Source: Candidatus Bipolaricaulota bacterium (GTDB lineage: Bacteria; Bipolaricaulota; Bipolaricaulia; M55B111). From it: 41,355 nucleotides of DNA. Positions 26,404-35,822 of the stretch are shown in pieces (the stretch's first letter is position 1; every line of letters begins with the position of its first letter). The notes beneath the pieces are model-generated. The model was given only the letters and a program-made list of their open reading frames with translations. It searched no databases and was not told the origin of the DNA. Both the position numbers and the translations under genes were made by a program. The stretch lies in contig JAIPHN010000002.1 of assembly GCA_021735185.1 (NCBI GenBank), positions 1 to 41,355 of the forward strand. Reading direction: 5' to 3'.

Positions 26404-27333
26404 CTACCACCAAATCTTCAGCTTAACCGTCGTCGCCGGATCATTTTGCGCACCAAGAATCTCAATATCAAACCTCTTATCTCTCCGATAACTTAGTGAA
26501 AGGCCGTAACCGTCTCTTCTTCCGGGGGATTTTATAAAACCTATACTCATATCCTCCCCCGTCAGATTCAGCTTCCATCGGGTAAGAGTAAGTTCTTCGA
26601 TTAAAAGAGAGAAGGTACTTTCGCGGTATGTCACCTTCCCCAGCAGGCCAAGGATAACCTCACCTCTAAAAGAATCCAAGTGAAAACCCTGACTCCAGCG
26701 AAAATCTTTACCCGTCAGAGTAAATTTCCTCTCTCCCGTTAAGACAGCGTAATTACCGTCCAAGTTGCCAATATACGAGGGGATGCCTGTTAGCAAAGAC
26801 TTCCAGTAATTCGCTTCGCCAGGGGGATACCAGCGATCTATTTTTCCGGTTCCCGTTTCGAACTGGGCTTCGTAACCCAGGTTCAAATTCCCAAGGCTGT
26901 AGGAGCCCCTGCTCGCTAACCTGAAACCGGCAGAGTCCAGCCAGATTCTCGAATCGACTGAAAGGGCCCAGCCCCCTATCCTATAGTCAAAATAATTTGC
27001 TTCAACGCCCCCCGTAATACCGGACAAATCGAAACCATCGAGTACTGAGGCATTACCGGCAACAAAAGGTTTAAAGTCAATGTTAGCCCAGGAAAGATCC
27101 CACTCCTCTCCGGAGGCCAGACCGATGCCAAAGTTTCCCCCAGAACCTCGGGCAAGACCTACATCGACAGTTTCTAATTCGAAACTGTAAATCAAAGTGG
27201 AATCGGGGTAACTGACTGATAATTTCGCACCCGCCGACTTGGCTCCTCCGGAAATGAGGATAACCAAGAAACCAGTTAACACTACCAGGGTGCTTGGAAT
27301 GACTTTACTTGAACGTAAGCCAGAGTCCCACAT
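26404..27333 (-). CDS. putative outer-membrane beta-barrel protein
   Basis: It has an N-terminal hydrophobic signal/anchor and a Gly/Ser/aromatic-rich alternating pattern. The C-terminus VKLKIWW has alternating hydrophobics and a terminal aromatic, which is an OMP beta-signal. Confidence 0.4.
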   Translation of the reverse strand: MWDSGLRSSKVIPSTLVVLTGFLVILISGGAKSAGAKLSVSYPDSTLIYSFELETVDVGLARGSGGNFGIGLASGEEWDLSWANIDFKPFVAGNASVLDGFDLSGITGGVEANYFDYRIGGWALSVDSRIWLDSAGFRLASRGSYSLGNLNLGYEAQFETGTGKIDRWYPPGEANYWKSLLTGIPSYIGNLDGNYAVLTGERKFTLTGKDFRWSQGFHLDSFRGEVILGLLGKVTYRESTFSLLIEELTLTRWKLNLTGEDMSIGFIKSPGRRDGYGLSLSYRRDKRFDIEILGAQNDPATTVKLKIWW

Positions 27334-27434
27334 TGATAAACCACTTTCCCGGGTGTTTGATTATCCGCAAAGTAGGCAAAAAGAAGATCCCCGTTCGAGA
27401 GAGTTGTTTAACTTTCCCAGTCGGTTGTCGTTAT

Positions 27435-28454
27435 CTAGCTTTCCTTTCTACTCTCGAACAGCAAATTCATTATGCCGTAATGTGCCAGAAGCGCCAGACC
27501 AAGTCCAACGAAGAACAGCTGAATAACTTTTACGGAGAACGAATAGGCAACCGCTTCGCTTCCGCTGATTCCAAAAAGTGCGAAAATTCCTATAAAACCA
27601 CCTTCAGAGACCCCTATACCTCCCGGTGTAATCCAGAAGAAAGACGAGAGGACGGATATCATCGCGAACAGCATCGTAAGTTCTATAATAGAAAATACTC
27701 TGCCCTGAGTGTAATAAAAGTATATCTGGGGTCGAATGAACATAAATACCGTTGCAACCAGATCCAGGACGAAGGCACCAAGTGTATGCTTTATATGCTG
27801 CCCGAAAGCCATGCTTATCTCTTTCTCCAAATGTCTTGCCGTGTCTTCCACCTTTTTCAGTAGTTCTGTCCAGGGCAACTTCCTCTTTAAGAAAGCGGCA
27901 AATCTGGTGAAAAGAAAAAGTTTTCCGTAAAAATTATAAATTAAAACCGATACCAGGCTGACAAATAACAACGAAATCAAAATTAGATAAACCAGTGTGT
28001 CCGAAGGTAACGTGCCATAAACACCCAGTAGCGCCCCCAGGAGAATCACCGCGACCAGAGCAGTCATCATGGTTATCCGTTCGGCAACTATGGTGGCAAA
28101 AACCCTGCTGTAAGATGAATCGCTTTCCCTTTCAATTACCAGTGCCCTAACCGGCTCTCCCCCAAAATGCAGTGACGGAGTGAGGAAGCTAACGGCAAAA
28201 CTGCCTATTCTTGCCCAGAAGCTCAAACTAAATGGAGCAATAACCCCATACCCCTTCATCACAATTACCCAGGCAACCGTCCAGAAGAAGAAAGTCAGGA
28301 CAATAGCGGCAATCATCAGGGCGAATCCGTCCCAGCCGAGAGCAGAAATCTGTTGAGCCACTTTGGCGGGACCGATAAAGGCCAGTATTGCGCCCAATAC
28401 CCCAAGCCCAAGAACAATGGACAGAAAAGTCGTCGTCTTACGACCTAATTGCAA
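27435..28454 (-). CDS. polytopic membrane protein, UPF0104/flippase-like (LPG-synthase TM-domain) family (tentative)
   Basis: About 8 hydrophobic segments. The TTG start is preceded by AGGAGG at a 5-nt spacing. The family assignment is by overall resemblance only. Confidence 0.45.
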   Translation of the reverse strand: MQLGRKTTTFLSIVLGLGVLGAILAFIGPAKVAQQISALGWDGFALMIAAIVLTFFFWTVAWVIVMKGYGVIAPFSLSFWARIGSFAVSFLTPSLHFGGEPVRALVIERESDSSYSRVFATIVAERITMMTALVAVILLGALLGVYGTLPSDTLVYLILISLLFVSLVSVLIYNFYGKLFLFTRFAAFLKRKLPWTELLKKVEDTARHLEKEISMAFGQHIKHTLGAFVLDLVATVFMFIRPQIYFYYTQGRVFSIIELTMLFAMISVLSSFFWITPGGIGVSEGGFIGIFALFGISGSEAVAYSFSVKVIQLFFVGLGLALLAHYGIMNLLFESRKES

Positions 28455-28485
28455 TGTGACCTCCTAATTCCTCATACTAATTCAG

Positions 28486-28514
28486 TTGTACAAGGCTAAC
28501 GGATGCTTTATACT
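28486..28514 (+). promoter_or_regulatory. sigma70-type promoter for hflKC
   Basis: TTGTAC (28486-28491), 17 nt, then TATACT (28509-28514). It lies 33 nt upstream of the hflK ATG. Confidence 0.5.
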
Positions 28515-28546
28515 TTAGCAATATTTGCCTGAAAGAGGGGTGAAGT

Positions 28547-29563
28547 ATGCCCGAGAATTATGATTTTGATACAGGAGAAGGCCGCGGCGGAACTGACTGG
28601 GATAGGTTTAAAAGAACTTTGAGAAAGTTCGGCGATAAGGCGGGCTGGATTATCATTGGCCTCGTCGTCGTTATTTACTTGCTCCAGGGAATCTATCAGG
28701 TGGGCCCGTCCGAGGTCGGTTTGGTAAAAAGGTTTGGAAAACACGTAAGGACGGTAAATTCTGGATTAAATTATCACCTTCCACCGCCAATAGAAACCGT
28801 AAAGAAGGTCGACATTAGATCCGTAAGGAAGGTGGAAATTGGATACGAAACTATATCGCCGCCCCCGAACCCGCGATACCGGGTAGATGATGAAGAAGCG
28901 CTCATGCTGACCGGGGACGACAACATTGTTCACATGGAACTCGCTATTCAGTTCACCGTGAGGGACGCCGAGAAGCTGGCTTTTAACATCATAGACCCCA
29001 ATGCCCTCGTAAAGGAAGCCGGAGAGGCGGTTATTAGGGAAGAAGCGGTCAGGCACACCGTAGAGGAGGTTCTTACGGTCCAGAGGGCAGAAATCGCGAA
29101 TCAAGCTGAGATGGAATTACAGGATCTGCTCGAGGAGTACGAAGCGGGAATTAACATCGAAACGGTCAAGATACAGGACGCGAGGCCCCCGGAGCCGGTT
29201 GAACCTGCGTTTGACGACGTCACGAGTGCCAAGGAGGACAAAAACACGAAGGTCAATCAAGCGGAGGCCTATGCAAACGACGTCATACCAAATGCAAGAG
29301 GTCAGGCGGAGGAGATCCTTAACCAGGCGAAGGCCACCAAGGCAGAACGGGTGAACGAAGCCGAGGGTGACGTCAGTAAATTCCTCCAGGTGCTTAAGGA
29401 ATACAGGCTGGGGGATCAGGAAGTAACCCGGCGTCGGCTATACATGGAGACGATGGAGGAAATACTACCGGAGATGAAGAAGGTCCTGCTGTCAGAGTCG
29501 ACCGACGGTTCATCCGTACTGAAGTTTTTGAACCTATCCGAACTGGATGGTGAGACCCAATGA
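28547..29563 (+). CDS. hflK: SPFH/Band-7 protease modulator HflK
   Basis: One N-terminal TM segment, then QVGPSEVGLVKRFGK (SPFH start) and a coiled charged C-terminal region. It overlaps hflC by 4 nt. Confidence 0.85.
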   Translation: MPENYDFDTGEGRGGTDWDRFKRTLRKFGDKAGWIIIGLVVVIYLLQGIYQVGPSEVGLVKRFGKHVRTVNSGLNYHLPPPIETVKKVDIRSVRKVEIGYETISPPPNPRYRVDDEEALMLTGDDNIVHMELAIQFTVRDAEKLAFNIIDPNALVKEAGEAVIREEAVRHTVEEVLTVQRAEIANQAEMELQDLLEEYEAGINIETVKIQDARPPEPVEPAFDDVTSAKEDKNTKVNQAEAYANDVIPNARGQAEEILNQAKATKAERVNEAEGDVSKFLQVLKEYRLGDQEVTRRRLYMETMEEILPEMKKVLLSESTDGSSVLKFLNLSELDGETQ

Positions 29564-30483
29564 GAAAACTAGCTTGGTTCGTTGGGATAGTCGTCGCGTT
29601 AATACTTGTCTTTAACCTGGTTACCTTTATCGTTCCCGAAACGGAACAGGCCATAGTAGTTCAATATGGTAACATAACACAGGTGGCAACCGAGCCCGGA
29701 CTTTACTTCAAGATACCTTTCATTCAATCGGTGGAGCACATGGAGGCTCGACTGCTTTCCTATGACATAGAGCCTAGGGAGTTAATTACGGCTGATCAGC
29801 GGCGATTGTCCGTAAACAACTACGCCGTCTGGAAGATAGAGAACCCACAGCAGTTCAAGGAATCCTTTAACGCTCGTCTGGGCACGGCTCAAACCAGAAT
29901 AGATGACATACTTTACTCCGACCTACGGAACGTCTTGGCCAGCCGAGAATTCAACGAGATCGCCTCCGGAGAGAGAGAAACCATGCTGAACGACATTACG
30001 GAAACCAGCGCGGGGAAGCTGAAAGAGTACGGAATTAACCTAATAGATGCGAAGATCAAGCGGGCCGACCTGCCTGAGGCCAACGAACAGGCGGTATTTG
30101 ACCGGATGATATCGGAGAGGGAGAGACGTGCTTCCCAGCTCCGGGCCGAAGGTGACGAACAATCCAAGGAAATCAAATCGGAGGCGGACAGAAAGAGTAG
30201 CGTAATAGTTGCCGAGGCCAGGAACAAGGCCGAGTCAATTCGAGGAGAAGGTGAGGCAGAGGCGCTACAGATTTACTCCGATGCCTACAGCCAGAACGTC
30301 GAGTTCTACGAATTCTGGCGGAAGTTATCCTCCTACAGGGATTCCTTCCCGGGAGATAAGTCAACGATATTAATGACCCCCAATTCTCAGTACTTGAGAC
30401 TGCTTTCGGAAGGCGTTACGGAAAAACTAAAGCTCAAGGAGGAAGCACAGGGGGAAGAGCCCACTGAGGAACAGGACGAATAG
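29560..30483 (+). CDS. hflC: SPFH/Band-7 protease modulator HflC
   Basis: N-terminal TM segment, then VPETEQAIVVQYG (SPFH start). It is paired with hflK. Confidence 0.85.
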   Translation: MRKLAWFVGIVVALILVFNLVTFIVPETEQAIVVQYGNITQVATEPGLYFKIPFIQSVEHMEARLLSYDIEPRELITADQRRLSVNNYAVWKIENPQQFKESFNARLGTAQTRIDDILYSDLRNVLASREFNEIASGERETMLNDITETSAGKLKEYGINLIDAKIKRADLPEANEQAVFDRMISERERRASQLRAEGDEQSKEIKSEADRKSSVIVAEARNKAESIRGEGEAEALQIYSDAYSQNVEFYEFWRKLSSYRDSFPGDKSTILMTPNSQYLRLLSEGVTEKLKLKEEAQGEEPTEEQDE

Positions 30484-30516
30484 TTCCTGGTATTTTCTAA
30501 AACCTTTGATTGCGAT

Positions 30517-30550
30517 AACCCTCCCGGTTTCGCCGGGAGGGTTATTATTT
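30517..30550. terminator. bidirectional rho-independent terminator between convergent hflC and coaX
   Basis: AACCCTCCCGG (30517-30527), loop TTTCG, then CCGGGAGGGTT (30533-30543), an 11-bp perfect stem. It is followed by ATTATTTT on the plus strand and preceded by an A/T-rich tract for the minus strand. Confidence 0.8.
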
Positions 30551-31315
30551 TCCGATCATCTCATGCCACAGCCTTAACCCTTCCAGAACGAGGTCCTTTT
30601 CGTAATGTCGTATCACTTCAATTTCTCTGGAAAAAAGTCTTCCTTTTCCGCCCGTAGCGATTATCTCGAGTTCGCCCCCTTCGTAACTTGCTTTAAACCG
30701 CTCTATCATTCCTTCGATCATGCTGATAAAACCAAGGACGAATCCTGAGTTAATGTTTCCAGCTGACGTTTTTCCGATCGGGCTTTCCGGCAATTCTAAC
30801 TCAATTTCCGGCAGAAGGGCGGCTCTTTCGACCAGAGCTTCGAGCGCGGTCTCCATTTCCGGGGCAATAGCACCACCGAGAAAATTACCCTCTTCCGAGT
30901 AGAGCTCAAAACTCGTCGCCGTACCAAAGTCAATTATCAATCCGGGACCCCCGTATAGTTCCTTGCTCGCAATTATTGTTGCCACTCTATCCGGCCCGAC
31001 TTTCTGTGGCTCATCGACCTCCAGTTCCACCAGACCGTTATTCATGGGACGTAAGAACGTCGGAGAGACGTCCAGGTAACGTTCAAGGCCAACCGATAGG
31101 CTCCTGTTGAGGTAGGGAACAACGGAAGAAATTACTGCGTCTCTTATCTCTTCCGGTGTGATATCTGAAGCAGAGAGCAAGGAAATAATTTTAATCCCTA
31201 TTTCGTCCGGCGTAAGGCCCTGAGTCGTTGAAATACGCCAGGTACGGTGTATCTCGTTATCCCGGAAACAGCCGATAGTGATATTCGTATTGCCGACGTC
31301 AAGTGCTAAAAACAT
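30545..31315 (-). CDS. coaX: type III pantothenate kinase
   Basis: MFLALDVGNTN (DxGNT phosphate-1 motif) and IIDFGTATSF (GTA motif). The ATG at 31315 is preferred over the track's GTG at 31324. Confidence 0.9.
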   Translation of the reverse strand: MFLALDVGNTNITIGCFRDNEIHRTWRISTTQGLTPDEIGIKIISLLSASDITPEEIRDAVISSVVPYLNRSLSVGLERYLDVSPTFLRPMNNGLVELEVDEPQKVGPDRVATIIASKELYGGPGLIIDFGTATSFELYSEEGNFLGGAIAPEMETALEALVERAALLPEIELELPESPIGKTSAGNINSGFVLGFISMIEGMIERFKASYEGGELEIIATGGKGRLFSREIEVIRHYEKDLVLEGLRLWHEMIGK

Positions 31316-31405
31316 AAGCAACACCAGCTCCTCTAATTACTCAAACCAGCTATCATTACTGTCCAATCTCAAATCCGATTTTCAGGTTTGAGCTTGAAAA
31401 TACGG

Positions 31406-32581
31406 TTAGTCCGAGGAAAACTCTTCTTTAACTGACTTTAAATTCTCCTTTTTCCCGAGGACGTCTATACCGGTCATCGCCAGTGCTTTTGCCGCCGTAA
31501 TCATTGCCGAGTAACCTTTGTCAGAGTTGGAGGCTTCGGCGAAAGCGTTTGAATGACCGGGGGTATTTTCCTCAGCTATTTTGATATAAGAATGTATCGC
31601 TGGAACTACCTGGCTGACATTTCCCATATCCGTAGAACCCATCCCGCCGACATGTTCATCGATTTCCTCGTTCAAGCAATCCAGGTTATCCTGAAAAAGC
31701 TCAACCAGCACTGGATTGGGCTTCATCGGTTCGTACCGCCTACCTTCTTTGGTTATCTCCAGTTCAGCACCCGCGGCAAGCGCTCCGGCTTCAGCACAGT
31801 CCTTCACTTTTTTCAGCAATTCCTCCAGGTCCGACATTTCTTTTGCACGGACGTAGAACTTTGCTCCGGCGTGTTCGGGAACAATATTCGGCTTTTCCCC
31901 GCCATCCGTGATTATACCGTGAATCCGCGAACTTTCTTTTATATGTTCTCGCAACGCGTTTACATTGTTAAAAGTAGCAATTGCAGCATCCAGAGCATTT
32001 ATTCCTTCTTCGGGCTGAGACGAAGCATGGGCTGCTTCGCCGTAGTAGTCAAATTTGAGCTCCTGAACTCCCAGGCTACCCCGCCCAACTAGAGTTTTAT
32101 CCGACGGATGAACCATCATGGCCACATCGACGTCGTCAAAGACACCGGCTTCAATCAGTTCGACCTTCCCACCGCCACCCTCCTCGGCGGGTGTCCCTAT
32201 TACCAGCAACTGTCCTCCCAGTTCTTCCATAACCGAACACAACCCAATACCGGCACCTAAACCTATATTTGCAATTAAGTTGTGACCGCAGGCGTGACCC
32301 AGGCCGGGAAGAGCATCGTATTCACTGAGATAAGCTATAGTCGGCCCCTGACTTTCATGAGGACAACGAGCTAGAAAAGCAGTCTCCAGCCCTCCGACCC
32401 CGCGTTCAACTTCGAAACCCTTTTCTTCAAGTTCTTCGGTCAACCACTGGGCCGCTCTGTGTTCTTCGAACTTCAACTCAGGGTTCTCAAATATTCGTTC
32501 GCCCAGCTCTCTTAGCTCTCTCGAAAGGCCATCTAGCTCCTTTCCGACCTGATCCTTCAGAGATTCCAGCTCCACTGACAT
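31406..32581 (-). CDS. M20-family amidohydrolase/metallopeptidase
   Basis: GHACGHN metal-binding block, GTPAEEGGGGK and MVHP blocks, about 390 aa. Confidence 0.7.
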   Translation of the reverse strand: MSVELESLKDQVGKELDGLSRELRELGERIFENPELKFEEHRAAQWLTEELEEKGFEVERGVGGLETAFLARCPHESQGPTIAYLSEYDALPGLGHACGHNLIANIGLGAGIGLCSVMEELGGQLLVIGTPAEEGGGGKVELIEAGVFDDVDVAMMVHPSDKTLVGRGSLGVQELKFDYYGEAAHASSQPEEGINALDAAIATFNNVNALREHIKESSRIHGIITDGGEKPNIVPEHAGAKFYVRAKEMSDLEELLKKVKDCAEAGALAAGAELEITKEGRRYEPMKPNPVLVELFQDNLDCLNEEIDEHVGGMGSTDMGNVSQVVPAIHSYIKIAEENTPGHSNAFAEASNSDKGYSAMITAAKALAMTGIDVLGKKENLKSVKEEFSSD

Positions 32582-32714
32582 GATATCACCTTATTTCAAG
32601 TTATTTGTGACCAGTTAACGATAAATTAAGATATTGTGATATTGTCCTCACCAGAACGCCAATTTGCAAGCACACAATTATTAAAAAAACAAAAGACTTC
32701 AGTTATCTTATCGT

Positions 32715-32920
32715 GTTAAAACCAAAACCAGCTCAATTATTGCCCTTAGTTGAAAAACATAGCCCCAGCATCAGACGGGATAAGGCCAAACTCCCTATTC
32801 CGCCAGGTAATGGACTTTTCCATCGAATAGGCACAGTACGAGATAATTGCCCTAAGTATCAAAATACGGAAAAAATTGACCTCGGCTCGAGCGAGCGCGA
32901 AGCTAAAACCTGGGATACGC
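32715..32920 (+). repeat. interspersed intergenic element, copy G (diverged, no long hairpin)
   Basis: GTTGAAAAACATAGCCCCAGCATC aligns with D CTTCAAAAACGCGAGACCCAGCA and A1 CCCAGCATC. GTTAAAACCAAAAC aligns with D TTTACAACCAAAAAAC. The tail CTCGAGCGAG..AAGC..CTGGGATACGC resembles C CTCGAGAGAGCAAG..CTGGGTAAAGC. Confidence 0.55.
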
Positions 32921-32996
32921 TTTAGGTAATAACGCTGTCGTGCCGGTTAAGGTTTTATCGTGAGACGAAATGTATCGTTCAGAGCGGGTCCGGGCC

Positions 32997-33620
32997 CTAT
33001 TTCTGGAGGTAATAGACCAGCTGCTCTAGCTCCTTGGTTATATCTACCTGAGCCAGCTGTACGTCGTCCGGAATATCAAGCAGAGTAGGGGCAAAGTTTA
33101 ATATCCCCGTTACTCCACCCTCGACAAGCTTTTCGGAAATCTCCTGAGCAGCCTGGGCAGGGACAGCAACTATTCCAATTCTGATATTTTTCTCGGAAAC
33201 TCTATCAACAAGATTGTTGACGTCCTCTATCTCAACCCCGTTTAATTCTTCCCCGATCAAGTCAGGATTTCTGTCAAATGCCATTTCTACTTCAAATACC
33301 CTCTGGTCAAATCCCCGGTAAGTAAGCAAAGCAGAGCCGATATTTCCAACCCCAACAAGAGCCATGCTCCAGCTCTTATCCAGATTAAGAATATCACGGA
33401 TCTCCGAAGCAAGCTTTTCCGTTTTGTAACCAACACCTCGAGTGCCAAAGTCACCAAAATAGGAAAGATCCTTCCTGACCTGGGCCGAGTTCAAATTGAG
33501 CCTGCTGGAAAAATTTTCGGAGGAGATATTTTCCTCCCCCCGGTCAATCAGCTTGTTAAGGCACCGCAAATAAAGAGGCAAGCGATCAATCGTTTCTTTC
33601 GGTATCCTTCTCTCTTTCAT
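32997..33620 (-). CDS. rex: redox-sensing transcriptional repressor Rex
   Basis: RLPLYLRCL is the winged-helix N-terminus and LVGVGNIGSAL is the Rossmann motif. Size is about 207 aa. Confidence 0.9.
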   Translation of the reverse strand: MKERRIPKETIDRLPLYLRCLNKLIDRGEENISSENFSSRLNLNSAQVRKDLSYFGDFGTRGVGYKTEKLASEIRDILNLDKSWSMALVGVGNIGSALLTYRGFDQRVFEVEMAFDRNPDLIGEELNGVEIEDVNNLVDRVSEKNIRIGIVAVPAQAAQEISEKLVEGGVTGILNFAPTLLDIPDDVQLAQVDITKELEQLVYYLQK

Positions 33621-33814
33621 ATCTATATCCTCTGCAACACCCTTTTTTTGGTTTTCTCCTTTTTGTAAGATAAATTATAAGGATAATTCTATGAATGACA
33701 AATATATTGCCATAATTGCCAACTTGTTAACTCAGTAACTTTATCCCGCGACTCTTTGCAAAGAATTGGCCGTTCTAATATCCTTAATTGAAAATTATAG
33801 GAGGTGCTGACCTA

Positions 33815-34885
33815 ATGCACGAAAAATTATTTACACCAGGCCCAACTGAAGTTAGAACGGAATTACTACAGGAACTTTCCACTGCACAAATTCACCATAG
33901 AACTGAAGAATTTAGCGACGTTTACGACGATATTCAGCCCAGGTTAAAAAAGTTGCTTTTTACCGATAACCCCGTTTTTCTTTTTACCTCTTCTTCGACC
34001 GGAGCCATGGAATCAGCCGTGACAAACGGTGTTAAGAAAAAAAGTTTAACCGTTTCCAATGGTGCATTTTCGGAGCGCTGGCACAAGATAACTCGAAAAA
34101 ACGGCGTACCGGCAGATATCTTAAACCAGGATTGGGGGAAACCAGTTACGCCGGAGATGGTGGATGAAAAACTCGCCACTGGCGAATACGATGCCGTTAC
34201 CATGGTATTTAACGAAACTTCAACCGGAATGATGAATCCGGTAAAAGAGGTAGGAAAAGTCGTAAACAGCTACGACGACACGATGTTCCTCGTAGATGCC
34301 GTATCCGGAATGGCAGGAGCAAAAATCAAGGTCGACGACTGGGGTATTGATATGTGTCTCGCGGGCGTCCAGAAGGCATTCGGTCTTCCTTCCGGCCTGG
34401 CGGTAGCTTCCGTCAGCGAGAGGTTACTAGAACGTGCCGAGGACGTGGAGCCAAGAAGCTATTACTTCAACCTACCGCTTTTACACAAATACCACAAGCG
34501 GAGTCAGACCCGTACCACGCCGGCCATACCACAGATTTTAGCTCTTAGAAAACAACTGAAGTATATTGTTGACGAAGAGGGAATAGAAAACAGGTTTGCT
34601 CGCCACGACCGGCTTTCCGGGATCGTCCAGAACTGGGCCAAACAGTACTTCGATATTTTCCCCGAAGAAGGTTACTGGTCAAAAACATTGACCTGTGTCG
34701 AAAATACGAGGGGAATATCCGTTGCGGATCTAAACCAGGAACTGATCGAAAAACACAATATGAGAATCGCAAACGGATACGGGGATATGTCCGAAGAAAC
34801 GTTCAGGATTTCCAACATGGCGGATTTGAGTGAACCGGACGTTCGGGGATTACTCGCCACGATAAACGATATTCTCGGACTTTAA
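33815..34885 (+). CDS. class V (AGXT/SerC-like) aminotransferase, probable phosphoserine aminotransferase
   Basis: MHEKLFTPGPTEV is typical of the N-terminus of this family. AGVQKAFGLPSG carries the PLP lysine. SD TAGGAGGTG lies 8 nt upstream of the ATG at 33815. serA follows directly. Confidence 0.75.
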   Translation: MHEKLFTPGPTEVRTELLQELSTAQIHHRTEEFSDVYDDIQPRLKKLLFTDNPVFLFTSSSTGAMESAVTNGVKKKSLTVSNGAFSERWHKITRKNGVPADILNQDWGKPVTPEMVDEKLATGEYDAVTMVFNETSTGMMNPVKEVGKVVNSYDDTMFLVDAVSGMAGAKIKVDDWGIDMCLAGVQKAFGLPSGLAVASVSERLLERAEDVEPRSYYFNLPLLHKYHKRSQTRTTPAIPQILALRKQLKYIVDEEGIENRFARHDRLSGIVQNWAKQYFDIFPEEGYWSKTLTCVENTRGISVADLNQELIEKHNMRIANGYGDMSEETFRISNMADLSEPDVRGLLATINDILGL

Positions 34886-34905
34886 AAAAGAAAAAAGGAG
34901 GAACC

Positions 34906-35820
34906 ATGGTTAAAATATTGATATCCGATCCTATCGCCGAGGAAGGTGTCGAAAAATTAGAAGATGCGGGATTCGAGCTTGACCACAAATACGATCTTTC
35001 CCCTGAAGAACTCAAGCAAGAAATCGGACAATACGAAGGTATAGTCGTACGTTCGGCCACCAAACTGAGGGCTCCGATACTGGACGAGGCAGATAACCTG
35101 GAAATAGTCGTCCGAGCCGGAGTCGGGCTGGACAATATTGATCTCGATCATGCCGACGAATTGGGTATTGAGGTCCGGAACACCCCGGAAGCTAGCTCCA
35201 ATTCCGTGGCCGAACTCGCCCTGGGCCACATGTTCTCGCTGGCCCGTGATATACCCCGGGGTACCGCTTCCCTGAAGGAACAAAAATGGATCAAAAGCGA
35301 TCTCAAAGGTACCGAGCTGGCGGGAAAAACACTGGGAATTATCGGAGCCGGCAGGATTGGGAGCTTGGTCGCTCAGAAGGCGACAGCATTAGGTATGGAG
35401 GCGCTGGCTTACGATAAGTATATTGACGAGGCACCCGTCGAAGAAATAGAGATGGTCGAGATGGATGAGTTGCTGGAAAAGTCCGATTACGTTACCCTGC
35501 ACATACCCTTCGTGGCTTCGGAAGGAGCCACTATAGCCGAAGCGGAATTGAAAAAGATGAAGGATTCCGCCTGTATCGTAAACTGTGCTCGGGGTGGCGT
35601 AGTGGATGAAGACGCTATTGCAAAAGCGCTGAAGAACGACTGGATCGGAGCGGCAGCACTGGACGTATTCACAGAAGAGCCTCCGTCCAAGGAAGAGTTG
35701 CTAAAATTCGACAATCTCTCTCTAACACCCCACCTGGGCGCGTCAACGGTTGAAGCCCAGAGAAGGGTCGGAACCCAAACAGCGGACGAATTAATGAATT
35801 TCTTTGGCAAGGAGGAATAA
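34906..35820 (+). CDS. serA: D-3-phosphoglycerate dehydrogenase (short form, no ACT domain)
   Basis: GIIGAGRIGSLVA is the GxGxxG motif. CARGGVVDE and TPHLGAST carry the catalytic Arg and His contexts of 2-hydroxyacid dehydrogenases. Confidence 0.85.
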   Translation: MVKILISDPIAEEGVEKLEDAGFELDHKYDLSPEELKQEIGQYEGIVVRSATKLRAPILDEADNLEIVVRAGVGLDNIDLDHADELGIEVRNTPEASSNSVAELALGHMFSLARDIPRGTASLKEQKWIKSDLKGTELAGKTLGIIGAGRIGSLVAQKATALGMEALAYDKYIDEAPVEEIEMVEMDELLEKSDYVTLHIPFVASEGATIAEAELKKMKDSACIVNCARGGVVDEDAIAKALKNDWIGAAALDVFTEEPPSKEELLKFDNLSLTPHLGASTVEAQRRVGTQTADELMNFFGKEE

Positions 35821-35822
35821 TC

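Noticed and set aside
33724-33763. Rex operator candidates in the rex / serC-like divergent spacer (TTGTTAACTCAGTAACTT and the palindrome CTTTGCAAAG)
   Set aside because: The first has only one good half-site (TTGTTAA). The second is a perfect palindrome but does not match the TTGTGAA..TTCACAA-type consensus I know. That is too weak to call.
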